From positions 468,527 to 532,526 of the forward strand of contig NMRA01000200.1 of NCBI GenBank assembly GCA_002633005.1: DNA of 64,000 nucleotides. Direction: 5' to 3'. The stretch comes from Phoronis australis (taxonomy: Eukaryota > Animalia > Phoronida). Each line of letters begins with the position of its first letter. Positions within the stretch are counted from its first letter, which is position 1. Made by a program: the position numbers and the translations under genes. The notes below the pieces were generated by a model that was given only the letters and a program-made list of their open reading frames with translations, had not been told where the DNA came from and made no database searches. Positions 49,701-62,400 of this stretch are shown in pieces.

Positions 49701-52700
49701 TTTCCACCAGGAAAATGTTCGCTGCACACACGATGGCCCCTAGGCAATTACATCGCACTGGATGCTGCGGCCATTCATTGGCGATAGTACATCCTCACAA
49801 AAAGTTACTCATTTCAAAATACAGCAAATAAAATCAAATGAACCATACATATAGGAACACGGAGTTATAATTAACACATACCACGACTCTGGATACAATT
49901 TATTCAGCAAAACTTGAACAAATCGATGAAAATCTGTCGCGGTTTGCTCGAGTTTCTCTCAGTTACCGCGGGTGCCATTTTGAGGAAGTTACGTGAAATT
50001 ACGCATGTTGACGAATAAAAAGTCCAAGGGACACACATCTTACAAGTTTCACCCGATACCTTCTCATGCTATTTTGGTGTCGCGCGCTAGCGTCACGCGC
50101 TTCGCTCAGTCTCGCGCTAACCCGCTTTGCCTCACTCACGTGATTCAGTTGACGTGCTTTGTGGTTATCGCGCACACGGTGATAAAATTAACGGCAGCCA
50201 AAAAAGTGAAGTTGTAATTTTTCGCCAAAGTCAACTTAATTCTCACAAATAAGCTTCATCAAAGATATGTATAGAAGTAGAAAGGACCAATGATGAAAGT
50301 AAGCGTTTTTTTTAATGATAGTTTTAAGTGTAGAATGTATTTTTGACGAGGTGGAAACTCGAAATCGGTAACACAAATCCGGTCACGACCCATTTGAAAT
50401 ACACTGAAGTAATGAAATGAGTACAGAAAGCGAATGGAAGTATTGTAGCCCCTAGATGGCCCCGCGTTGGTTTGAATGCGCTAAATCTCCCCTTACTCCC
50501 AGCTCTCCTAATGTTGTTTATCCATTTTTCACGAAATTCTTGGCTTGCAGGGAACTCATAAAATTCAGATATTTTATCTCTCTTGTTGTTTTTGAAGCAG
50601 CCAGGAACACAACAAGTGTATCCGCCGTAAGTTTTCTTCGCGTTCACCGCTTATTATGCTTGTTACTATGGCCGCTTTCGGAATCCTGACCACAGCACCC
50701 ACAATGCACCATTTTAACCTAATTTCAATATGGCGTCGCTGCAAATCCGCTATTGTGTTGCTGCACTGTGCTTCCTGAAATGGTTAACTCATTACCCACT
50801 TTTTTATCATTTAACACCACGAGAACAGACAACAGTTCATAAGCATTGGGTTCATGGGCTACAGGCCTCATCTGATCTGAATGCATGTATTTCGAAAGGC
50901 AGGGACATTGTTTCATACTTTCTCAATATACCCTCAGATTCTTTAAGCAAGTCAGCTACCTTGTAAAATTCACCAATATACATTCACATTCTTCACACAG
51001 ACAAAACCGGATGCATAAAAAAGTGATCTATGATTGCTCACCAGACTTTGGAGACTTGTTCTGTGGAGAGGATGTAACGGTGGCTGATGAAGACATACTT
51101 TCATGGCCAGATGGTAACAGAACTGGTGGGTTTCCAATCACAGAACCTAAAGTGTGAATAATTAAACATCACAATAGTAAGAAAAGAGTTCATTGCTGGA
51201 GATCTTGGCTACCTCAACATCAGTAACCACAACAGTAAAATATCAACAATTTCGGAAGAAAAGTATTGTCAAATTTGACGTTCTAAAAGTAATTTTTGTG
51301 AATCCCCACATCTCTTTGGAAATATTGCATGACATTACCTACAACATAAAGTTTGCAAATTGCAAAGCATTTATTTGGTGCTAGATGCTATGGTACTTAC
51401 AATACAGGGAAAATACAAGAAAATAAAATATCACTTTTCTACCATATTGCAACTTTGTAACACAGTGAAAACTTTCCATTTTAAATACAAAATGATGGAA
51501 AATTGGAATTTTAATTTGCCAAAATTTCTCAATAAGAATAAGTACCGATTTAACGGCCATCTTTAGCCAAACCCTACGTTTCCAAAACTTCACACTTAAA
51601 TGCCCACATTCGGCTGAGCACCTGCCCCTAATTTCTACGATGGAGACTTTCTTAAAAATGCCAGTTCCTTTGTTAATCACCGGCTCAACAGAATTTTAGC
51701 TCAAAAACATATCTAACTCGCTTAACCTTTGTGTAACAAACAGTCAGTATTTCTAAGTTACCAACCGTTGAAAAATATTTTTTTTCTTGGTCATAACCTA
51801 GAGAGATTACCACAAACAAAAAATATTGAATTTCACGATTTAAGCAGTTCCAACCAGGGGCACGAGTGCTTAAATGCATATGAGAACAAGTTGTGTCCAT
51901 TGTTAAAGTTAAACAAAAGAGCTTTTGAACTTATTATCAAGAAATAATGTGAAAATTTGAAAATAAAAATTGGTGTTAATGTACGTCATGGGTGAAAGTG
52001 ACCTATTTTTAAAATTTGGTACAAAGTAATTAATGTTTTACTGCCCAAACCATGGGTGCACCCAGGGAGGGTTCGGGGGGCATGAACGAGGCCATTAGTT
52101 TGGCGAATTGGGCAAAAAGCTCCGCCTCAGTGAAACAAAAAGTCCGAGTAAACGAGGCAAAAGTCCTCAGGAATTCGGCGCGGATGCACGATTGGCAGGC
52201 CTGAACCTAGTGGCCCAGTTTTTTTAGTCCTCGTCGATTGTTTCAGGAAAAGGTCCGCATATCAAAAAATTCGGGCCCCCCTATATTTTAGGCTGGGTGC
52301 GCGCATGCAAACTGGAGAATTTTTACCATACATCCTAGTGACACACTTGAAAACAAGGAAATATCGTAAAATCACATGAGAGTGAATACCCCACTTTTAT
52401 TGCACTGCAAATATGTAACTAGTCTCTCATTTTATCCACACATATTCATTTATTCAAACTATGACATTGTGTTTTTTTGAAAAAAAAATCAAACAGGTTC
52501 AGCTGAAACCATTCAATGATCATTTGAAGGGCAGGCCATTTTAGCCGCTTAGCTAAGGTGACTTCACTGGGAGACCTCATATTTACTCAAAACACAGAAC
52601 CTTGTGACACAATGTAAACATGCAAGAGCCTGTGTATTTGTCCCAGAAACAGTGGTTTTGAATCACCAAATATAAAGTTATTTTCTGGCCAGAATTCTTT

Positions 52701-55700
52701 AAACTATGCCATTTCACTGAAAAGACAGGAATGAAAATACAATCTTCAGTTTTTATGGGTAGATTATTAGCAAGTCTGAAAAATAGGGCATAGCAATAAA
52801 ACAGACTCTCCTACATGTGCCAAATCTCTAGAACATCAAATTTACATGACTCAACACAGTTAGTGAGTTGACATACATGACTAAGGTCAGACTGTCTCTA
52901 GATCATGTTAACCTTTCATTCATATTATTTCATAACACCTTCTCAAATCAATTTCAAACAATGAAAAGGTCCTACTCCAAAAACTATGCCTAGGGCAGTG
53001 TTTGTCAGAGGGACAACTTTAAAGTCGCACCAGATGAAGGGGTAAACAGTTGCATTTCACGAGGTAGTGTCAACAAATTAAGATTTCGTAGGACACTAAA
53101 AAAATGTCAAATTTTGGCCAACATCGTTCCTCAGAAATAGCTGATCAGATTCATATGAAACTTAGGTATTGTTTTAAATTGTTAAACTTTTGCATGAGAG
53201 GCTACAAAATACAAGTGATATGATTTTCATGAAAAAAATTAAGTTAAATACAACAAACAAAACAATAATTTAGAAAACTGTAACAGGGTTTTTGAAACTT
53301 TGTTTTGAACATGTATTGGTGCATGCTATTGATCCTGTTGCTTTGCTATGAATGTTCCTTTGTTTGCTAAATTTTCCACGACCAAATTCATGGCAGATTG
53401 GTACAAAGTCAAAAAACAAATTTTACAAAATTTTTACTTTCACAATATATACGACGCCATCTTTATGAAACAGCATACTTACAGCTGCATTTTGTCCTGT
53501 TAAGTAGGCTAAAAAATGTTTTAATGTTAGGTTCAATAAAAAACTGCAAGCATTGAAAAAGTGGAAAAAATAGATGTCTGTACCTGAGAATTACACACAA
53601 ACCATTTACAAGAGGCAAACATGAACTAAGAGCAGAGAGTAACATTTGCCGCCCCGACAAAACGACAGCTGATCTGTGGAGTGCGCAAAGGAAATTTTGT
53701 CATGCGACTCACCTATTTTGAAATAGAATCTCTCAAGCCACTGTTTCACTATTTTTGAATTTCAGGGTCAATCAACCCAAATCAATGACTTTTCGAAGCA
53801 TTAATAAAAAACAAGCCCTATCATGGTAAGGACAATTTTGAAACCCATTTTATAAGTGCTGTTATGTATTTTTACTTAATCAAAGGAAATGCAGTTTTAA
53901 CTAAGAAAGCTTGAGAAATGTGAGAAAACTCCAGATCATTATACATTGACTTGACCTAAGTGGATTTAAATCCATGGAAAGACATCCTCAGCACTTTTCA
54001 TTTTCAACCTTTCCTTGTCTATATCTGTTTTCAAACAGTTGATAAAACAAAAGTACAAACAAAATCAATTCCATTTGCCAAGAGCACCAAAATCAATTGA
54101 TTATATCATTATGTCTCCAACACTTTCTCTGGGTTCTTATATTAAATGCTGTTTGATTACTGCTGATTAAAATTACAATTAAAATTCACATTCTAACAAC
54201 AATTTTTATCAACTATAAATGGTCTACAAATGAATGTGTCAAAAAACCTTGAAATATCTGTGGTTATGAAAGGCAAGCAGTTTTATTCAATAAACCTGAA
54301 CAGGCGCATAACAATTTGAATGGCACATTCAACATTAACCTAGCAGTATATTCAGGGTTAACCATGGCAATGAATAAACAATCTTGACAGAAACTGCAGT
54401 GGAAATGGTTATGAAAAGAAAAGAGACTTGGCACAAAATGCCTTTCATACACTTCAGTATTTGCTCAAAACTGAGGTTTTATTACCACATTATTCTGTTA
54501 TTTAATGCCAGGACAGTTACCATTACCCATGCTCTCACAGGTTTACACAAAGGCCCAGACATTTCTGGGCTTAACAAAGCCAGAAATAAAAATAGCCGGT
54601 AAAGAAAAGAAAACAGGTTTGATTTAACAGAAACCATGGCAAAGACAGTCAGACTGAGGCTCCATTTTGAATAAAGCATGTTTGAACAGTGAAGTAAAGC
54701 CCCTGAATATGGACTTTATGACAATATACAGGCACAGTGAACTCCTTGTTGGTTAGCTGATAACTGGTCTCAGTTTAGAACAGGAGGTAAAAGCACGGAA
54801 TGTACCACAATAGACAGAGAGGAAATGTTTCCTCAAAGGCAGCAAATTCTGACGCTAATGAAGTTAAAAACTTCAAAGTTTATATCAAAGATATTTTGGA
54901 ATAAGATTAGTCATGATTTATCAATGATGTACTTGGAGTATGACCTAAAAGTTGTATTTTGTTCTTATCAGTGGTAACTTTGTCCCTATGGAGACACAAA
55001 TATCTCAAATAATGTCTACTCGTTATACACAGAGAGAAATTTAATTGGAATTTACCTTTGGGTAATTCTTGAAGCTTGGCAACACTTTCCACGAATTTCT
55101 GATAGTTGTTAAACTCTTGTTTAACTTTGCCCTTTTGTGCAGGAGATGAGCGCTCTAGAATCTTTCTCGATGAGAAGTTTTGCAATGGTACACTTTTCGT
55201 GATTGCTTCAGCCTGATTGTCGAGCCCATAGATACTGAGCAGTTCATTCATCGTATCCTCTGCATAGCCCTTCAATACACTAGCATCAGCAGAACTAGCC
55301 AACTCTTTCTTAGGGCCATCCTTTGATACAGTAGCCTCAGCTGAACTGCCCACCTCACTCGCATCTCCACCTTGTTTCTTGGACCCTACAATGCCACCTG
55401 CTGGTTCCTTGATGTCGCCTTGAACAGTTGGGTTACCTTCTGAAGCAGGTACACTCACAGGGGAATGTTTATCGAGTTTTTGACCTTGAGCACTCCCGTT
55501 GGTGGACACTGGATGGTTGGGGGACTCTTGCAGACAGTCTTCAAGGTCATCTCCATTTTGGTTGATGTAAGGGCTGAAATCCACATCACGGTTGTTGATT
55601 TCATACTCCGAAATATCATCTTTATCGAATCCAACATCAGCTACTACCGCAAGATTGTGAATACTACGTGGCTTGGAACTCTTTCTCTTCCGCCTACAAG

Positions 55701-58700
55701 AGACATCTGCATTATCGTCCCCATGTGACTTCCCCTCCTTGCCCTTAGGAGTGTTGGCAGGTGGAAATGGTTCCTTCTCACCATTTTGGTGGACTAATGT
55801 TTGCAAACGTGCACATATTGCATCCAGTTTGTTCACTCCCTTCTGCATTGTTTGCATCTCCCTCAGTGTACTCATCAAACATGCCTGAAACACAAGTTAC
55901 CAAGTTTAAAGACAAGAACGTTTAGTTAACTACAGACTTCAAGCATGTTATACTTTCTGTTCACACCCAATACTTACATGGACTGCATTTGCAGGCCTCC
56001 AACATTAATTAATCAGTTTTGATGTAAAATGCTAAAAACATAGGCATAGTATAATCAAATCAGTTGCTATCAGCAGTTAACACAGGGCAAAGTACACCCA
56101 AGTCTTATCATCAAGTGTGAAATTTAGCAAAATAAAACGATAAAATTCTCATGAAAACAGGAAGATGGTAACTAGCAAAACTTGTACATTTATAGCCACA
56201 TCCTTTCAGTAAATGGGTAAGTTGATAGCAACAGGATGTGCTTCTCACATTTACTAACAAAAAGCCAAAAACTGAAAACTGACAATTATGTGGTCTGTAG
56301 CCAGACAGCGATAGAGCAAATACACACAAAGCAGATTCAGCTGCAATTTGACACAAAGAGGAAAATACCAAGCATTATGCAGTTCTAACAATATCCAACC
56401 AAGAAAATGCCATGAAATGAAATTCCTGATTGCTCTTCTGCTGCTAGCTGGCAACAGTCCTCGTCAGAATGCAGCATTATGACATTTTTTCTGGACAGTT
56501 TTTATGACTAAGGCTACAAAAATGTCCCCATCACTGGACAATCAAGAATCTAATGATGATCTCCAAGCAGTGAGATACAAATATTAGTACTAACTGACAC
56601 TACCTTATGTTAGTAAAATGAATTATACAGAAGAGCATTAATAAAATATTCAAAAACAGGATTAATAAAATATGCTCACAAAATCGGAGACAGTTACTCT
56701 TGACAAGATACCCATTTTAAGAAAAAATTATTAACAAGAAATTTCTATTTACTGCTCAAATGGAGGGTCAAAAACATAGAAACTACTTCCATTTTGGACA
56801 TTCCAAAAAGTCCACATGACGCCCTGCCGAAAATATTCATCAACATGGTTTGAAACTCTAGTAATCTTGAAAACCCAGACATTTCTAAAGCTCTCAATAC
56901 AAAAAAAATAAATTTCGAAATAAATATTGTTTACTTAATTCATTTATGATGACCATATCACTAAGTGAATAATGATGTCAGAATATATAATTACACTAAC
57001 CCATAAACCACCAATGAAAAATTCCTCAAACGTGATAATTGAACACTGTTTTACCCACACAGTACGCTATAAACCATTAAATAACAGCAGCTCAATTAGC
57101 CATATTGATCAAACTAAACTTCACATGCAGCTATTGCTAATAACAATCAATGCCACCATATCGTCTGAACACTAAAACAAAAAAACTAAAACCACCCTGT
57201 TTCTTTTAATTCAGGAGACAATTATCAATTTGGGTCAACCTGCCTATCAATTACTAATAAATTCTGTATTAAGGTTTTGACATTCAAAAGTTTTCCAAAG
57301 CTCACACACAGTTATAGTTTCTAAAAATGTGTAAGGCAACTAAAAATATACTTATTATTCAGTTTTAGTACTTATATTCTCACTGTGCCTTTCGAATGTC
57401 ATGTAAGTACCACAAACATATTTATCCCAGGAAATAACGTCTTATGTGATAAAGTAATGGGACTTAAAAACAGTTTTGTACTCATGCACTATTTTTAATA
57501 TTTTACCACATGCACTTAGAGAATAAATGACTTATTAGACATTTTTATGATAGTTAAGAAATAATCATGAAAAAATATTTCAGTAAGTTTTATTATCGAT
57601 TTGCAAGAAATTTATGTATAGTACATTAACATTGAACCTTATTTTGTTACTGTTTCATGACTTTAAATAGATTGTCTTAAAATGAAACTAAAGTTGATCA
57701 ACACTTAAAACCAATATTTTAAAAAAATCAATATATGGAGTTCATCTGGTTAGAATTCAGGGATCTGCTAAATCCTGGTTGCGAGTAAAAACCAGCCTGG
57801 CTGTGCTTGACAAGAATGTCTATAAATAATGGACGCATACCTAGGCTATTCACAGTGCCTGCGCTTGTGACTGAGTCTACTGAAATGTTGCCATAGCAAC
57901 TTAATGTTCAATAAATTTCCAATAACGCAATCAATAAAACTCAAAGCACTGTTGTTTCTGAACACAGGAACTTTAATGATTATTTGAATAAGTTATGACT
58001 TGGAATGTCAAAGGATATGGTATAGACAAGACAAAACCCAAGAACCAGAAGAGTGCTTTATCTCCATGGTGACTGAACAAATACAAATAGGTGTACCTTA
58101 TTAAACTTCAGGCAATCAACACAACACAGGATTAAGTAGCCATAGCAACAACTGTTAACTTGTGCAAACCAAGGTGTACACCAGCTACACAGAGTAACAA
58201 GTTGCCTATTACTTGTTATCCAAATACAAAATAACATAAAAGTACCGAAAAGCAGTGTACACATGATAAAAACAAAATACGGACATAAACACAGTGAACT
58301 GCCTTGAAAAAAAAACACAAGATGAAACTTCAACACACCTAACAAAAACTGCTAAATGATCAAACTTCATATTCTCCCAACAAGAACCTATGCCTGGGAC
58401 AAATAATGACAAGTTTTTGACATTTTAATGATTAGGTGTGTGGGACGCTTACATGAAATACACAAATATATAATAAACCAGAAAATGATGCATATACATG
58501 TACAGTATAATACCGCACAAAAATATGATGACTGAAAGACCGGCGCGAAAGAAAAGCCAAAATGTCCATTTTTGACAAAAACATGGGAAATATGAATGGG
58601 ACACGAACAGGGTGAAGTCCAAGAAAAAACTCCAAATTTTAAGACGAATAAATCTTCTAAATTCACAACAAGAAACATATATTTGACAACCGAGGCCCTC

Positions 58701-58849
58701 AAAAAAGTTTAACATATCGTCACATTCAGAGTTTTACAGTTAGACAAACTTTTTGCACCTGAATATTGTGATAAAACTCAGCGGGGTAACACACCACTTA
58801 CCTCCAAACCTTCCTCGACATCTTCCACCACTTTCGCAAGTTCTCGCAT
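35785..58849 (-). CDS. CASZ1: Zinc finger protein castor homolog, about 1423 aa
   Basis: Exons 58849-58802, 55884-55056, 48084-47979, 47036-46949, 46481-46317, 44477-44261, 43755-43618, 43182-42675, 40576-40454, 39786-39666, 37713-35785 (4272 nt, all phases match). Hallmarks [41 protein letters not shown], and N-terminal KLDAICARL (human KLNAICAKL). Confidence 0.95.
38947..39165. mobile_element. Foldback/MITE-like palindrome with ~85-bp arms
   Basis: atcacaaacattttttaagtctggtct... mirrored by ...agaccagacttaaaaatgtctgtgat; possible 11-bp duplication ttaatagaaaa at 38888 and 39165. Confidence 0.75.
39666..39786 (-). CDS. CASZ1: CASZ1 coding exon 10
   Basis: [13 protein letters not shown]...[19 protein letters not shown]. 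Confidence 0.9.
40454..40576 (-). CDS. CASZ1: CASZ1 coding exon 9
   Basis: [40 protein letters not shown]. Confidence 0.9.
40630..42299 (+). mobile_element. Internally deleted Kolobok transposon with THAP and KolX-like remnants
   Basis: TTAA|AGGAGAATGCCACCC ... GGGTGGCTTGCTCCT|TTAA; + strand frameshifted THAP at 40803-40977; convergent - strand exon 41193-41012. Confidence 0.8.
42675..43182 (-). CDS. CASZ1: CASZ1 coding exon 8
   Basis: [21 protein letters not shown]...MWKQYLV; contains a 24-bp QPVTQTTP tandem duplication. Confidence 0.92.
43618..43755 (-). CDS. CASZ1: CASZ1 coding exon 7
   Basis: [26 protein letters not shown]...HIHCIRP. Confidence 0.95.
44261..44477 (-). CDS. CASZ1: CASZ1 coding exon 6
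   Basis: [20 protein letters not shown]...FTFKNKADM. Confidence 0.95.
46317..46481 (-). CDS. CASZ1: CASZ1 coding exon 5
   Basis: [35 protein letters not shown]...HYHCLQ. Confidence 0.95.
46949..47036 (-). CDS. CASZ1: CASZ1 coding exon 4
   Basis: [29 protein letters not shown]. Confidence 0.92.
47040..47810. repeat. Highly degenerate ~59-bp minisatellite
   Basis: Recurring (a/c)cacttgtaaaacac.tgatatcaaacac...agaatcattca core. Confidence 0.6.
47826..47978 (-). repeat. 25-bp tandem repeat x6 starting at the CASZ1 exon 3 donor
   Basis: Minus-strand unit GTA(a/g)tagtactttacatgtggcCAG. Confidence 0.95.
47979..48084 (-). CDS. CASZ1: CASZ1 coding exon 3
   Basis: [12 protein letters not shown]...GYTKYMKR; phase 1 to 2. 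Confidence 0.85.
49330..50647 (-). pseudogene. THAP-domain gene remnant interrupted by an insertion
   Basis: CCVPGC...FYEFP...[10 protein letters not shown]...FKPTRGH [insertion] [14 protein letters not shown]...; downstream DHSY motif (HCF-1-binding consensus) after a frameshift. Confidence 0.85.
49741..50455. mobile_element. Nested ~715-bp non-autonomous insertion with 8-bp TSD (hAT-like)
   Basis: ATGGCCCC at 49733-49740 and 50456-50463; ends (C)TAGG...CCTAG; removing it restores the THAP frame. Confidence 0.8.
52051..52307. mobile_element. GC-rich MITE with 5-bp TSD
   Basis: CAAAC|CATGGGTGCACCCAG ... CTGGGTGCGCGCATG|CAAAC. Confidence 0.75.
55056..55884 (-). CDS. CASZ1: CASZ1 coding exon 2
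   Basis: 829-nt open frame, KLDAICARL motif, tttcag acceptor, G|GTAAAT donor. Confidence 0.88.
58802..58849 (-). CDS. CASZ1: CASZ1 probable first coding exon ([16 protein letters not shown])
   Basis: ATG with in-frame upstream stop; donor GAG|GTAAGT; phase 0 matches the next exon. Confidence 0.7.
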
Positions 58850-59421
58850 TATCTCGCCACAATTCTTATTTTAGTTCTCACTACGACCACAGGGTGTAGC
58901 TATCTTCCAGCGACAAACACATGGATGCCTGTGTCTTTGGTGGTTGTCTGTGATCAGGATTATGAAGTTATACTACGAAGGTGCGGCAATTTTAGACAGT
59001 GTTCTCAGCAGAAAAGGTTCTCCTAAAGCTCTAGTGTTGTCTTCGAAGTATAAGGCAGGTATTAATATACTGTATAGTTAAAAATACCTGTTCCAAGTTT
59101 TGAACACTTTACACACTCGGGCTCAAAGCCCTCAGGCTCAGGCTGAGACCACGTCCACGGCCTGCACAGGCGTCCTCAGCTTCGGATCGTCCGCCATACA
59201 CTGTATATATACTACAAGGTGTGACTCTCGGGACTAGAAATTCTGCGGGTGTTTCACTTCAGTCGTCCATATGAAACACAAAACTCAATAAATTTACATA
59301 AAATAGGGGTTCAACAAACCATTAGCATTGTCTTTTCTATGTTCGGACTGTTCGGTGTCCTGCTCTAGTGCAGTGGCAGAGAGTTCGCAACAAGTTCGCT
59401 GTCAAAGCACAAAAATCAGCC

Positions 59422-62400
59422 CTAGTCGAATGTTATGGAACCTAACATATTCGAAATAAATCCACTAAATGTGGGTCTGCATGAATGATTTTGGTATCGT
59501 TACATTCCTCAGACATCTGGCTATCCACACATATCATGACCCTCAATTACTCTGGTTTATAACTATGTGTACGCTATTCCAAAGTTGGTCCACTTTAGCC
59601 ACATGGATTGTGAAATCGGCAGCCATTTCAGGGAACTTACTATACCTATCGCCATCTATCGCCGATCTGCTACAACACGCACTGTTCCTTTTCATCAGTC
59701 AACGTCACTGGTCGATGTCATCAATTATTAACGTCATCATTATTAATCATCGTTATGTCTGCTCTTGTCATCACCTTCGTCATCTCTCTCACCATCGTAT
59801 CTGTCATTGTCATGTGTCATTATCGTCGTCCATGAGACACGTACCGACGTATATAGTTTGTCAAATGGGTGAACGTTACGTGCATTTAATTCTTGTTAGT
59901 GGCCTAAAGTAATTATTTAGAGCTGTAAAGTAATTATTTATGGCTTAAAGTAAATATTTGCGGTGTAAAGCAATTTGCGGCGTAAAGCAACTTTTAAAGG
60001 CATTAAATAATTATTTGCGGCGTAAAGTAACCCCTCTAAATAATTACTTAATGCTCTAATAAAAATTAGCTTTCGCACGTAATTTAACGACGAAACGTTT
60101 ACCCATTTGGCAAATGAGAGACTGGCGAAAAACTTCTTCTCCATGTTGAAAGTCATTGCAGTTATTCTGCATTTGCCTCCTTGCGGGTTCATAACCCAAA
60201 CCCCAGTTGCTATTAAACTTCTGGGTATGCCACTGGCAGTGATCGTTATGGATTCGACCTTCGAATCATCTCCGGACGCAGATCACATGCGCCCAATTTG
60301 TTCTTATCATAGGCTGGTGGGGATGGGCCTGTTCAGTGTATATGCGCATGTCTTAAAAAGGCAAAATGTTCTTTTTGGAGTACTTTTCAATTAGTTACTT
60401 AATTTTAAATTGAAAGCACTTATTCATAGTCAATATTGTACCGTTTTGTAAAAGTTATGTCAACCTGGCTCCACGCACTTACTCCTTAGTTTTATTCAAG
60501 TGTATCATGCACAGGTGCAGGAGTCTAAATGCACGCGTATACGGTATAGATCATACGTAAATTAAGCTATAACTGATACAATGAGAAATTGAAGTTCTCA
60601 AGGGTAAAAACAAAGTAAAACCATGGTCAAAGTACGGACACTGTAAGACAAAGGGTGCACATACACTGACTACTGATAAATTGTTCACATTTGTTACAAT
60701 TTGCCATTGCCACACTTAAGTTGGTTTTATATATGTGAAGTATTAAACTAAAAAATAAAACCAATGTTACTGGATGTAAAATGCGTCTATTCTAAACTGA
60801 TCAATAGGGCCGACTGGCCACACAAGTACATGCCCACTGCAGACCTCTGTCATTACACAACTACTGATAAACTACACTTGTCACTTGCTTTCACATATCA
60901 TGATGTCATTGGACGATATCTTTGCGTGGACTCACGATTATGCTTCAACGATCGTCCTTCTTAGACACCATCAGGTTATTTGTCGCCAGCCTCCCAACTG
61001 CAACCAGTGCTCTCGTGCCATGTCGGAGATTAAATGTACTGGGGAATCCATCTGGAGGTTCCCAAGCCAAAAGTCGGTGAAGGTATCAGTTCGAGATGGC
61101 TCCTACTGGTTCAGTTCGCGATTAAAGTTATAATAGCTGGTGCATCTTTGCTGGACATGATCGTATTTGCACCCAGTCCACTTTGCGGCGGAGATGCTCG
61201 ATATAGACAGAACAACGGTGATGCAGTGGAATGGCTATCTCCATGGTGATGCAGTGGAATGGCTATCTCCATGACGTGTGTAATAACCACCTGGCCGCGA
61301 ATCCAAGACAGGTCGGCGGTCCTTGAATCGTAGTACGAATCGACGTGTCTTTTATGGCGTGCAGAAAGAATAACGTCTGTACCCGAAGGGTGGGTGTTTG
61401 GGGGCTATTGCCCTTTCCCAGAGTTTCGTATTTTTAGAATTTGTTCTTGATCGTTTTGCTCAGACACTGCTTCCAATCATACAGCGTTGCATAGCACCGG
61501 GGTCCATCATGCACTCAGACGCGGCCTACTATGGCATAGTAAACCTTCCGGTGAATCCTCCATATCAAAACCAGACCGTCAATCACAATCAGAACTTTGT
61601 TGATCTGATCACAGGTGCCCACACTAATCACGTGGAATGCTTTTGGAAGAACGCAAAACGCAGGTTCAAGGCAATGTGTGGGTCAAATGACAACAAGCTA
61701 GAAGAATATCTAGACAAATTTATGTGGCGGCAGCACTATTGAAGAACAGCCAAAGACGCCTTCAACAACATGCTGTTGCACTTATCTCAATGGCTGCAGT
61801 ATCAAGAGCCTTGAGTGGTACTGAGTGATATCTCCAACGGCCCATTTAAGGGCCACCCACATTTTCCAATTGGACTGTTTCACTTACCAAACTTACCAGA
61901 ATTTAAAATACAATCATGTGATCATTACATAAACCAAAAAATGATTATGGCAGTATGTTAGACCAACAATGACAGTAATGACGACAACATCAGCAATGTA
62001 AAGGATGAGTGATAACAACGGTGGCCATAGCGGGGATGATGATGTTTGAGACGCTACACGATATAGACCTACTTAACGCTTTAAAAAGTTGCTTTACGCC
62101 TTGAATAATTACTTTACGTCGCAGATAATTACTTTAAGCCACAGATAATTACTTTACACCTCTAAATAATTACTTTACACCACTAACAAGAATTATCTTA
62201 CACACGTAATGTTCACCCATTTTGACAAACTATAGATGTCGGTACGTGTTTCATGGAAGACGATAATGACACATGACAATGACAGATACAATGGTGAGAG
62301 AGACAACGAAGGTGATGACGAGAGCAGACATAACTATGTTTAGTAACAATGACGTTAATAACTGATGACATTGATCAATGACGTTGACTGATGAAAAAGG

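Larger units (their letters stand above)
49285..50751 (-). mobile_element. Internally deleted THAP-bearing PIF/Harbinger-ISL2EU-like DNA transposon
   Basis: Perfect inverted repeat AATAGCGGATTTGCAGCG (49282-49299) / CGCTGCAAATCCGCTATT (50737-50754), read as AT TSD plus 15-bp TIR; THAP remnant inside; no DDE domain. Superfamily is an inference. Confidence 0.72.

Noticed and set aside
59469-59912. 147-aa ORF and its mirror ORFs at 62251-62618
   Set aside because: Inverted-repeat arm sequence; frames are not conserved between arms
61398-61742. Bacterial IS1595 contamination or horizontal transfer
   Set aside because: Merlin is the established eukaryotic relative; the copy is degraded and embedded in animal DNA
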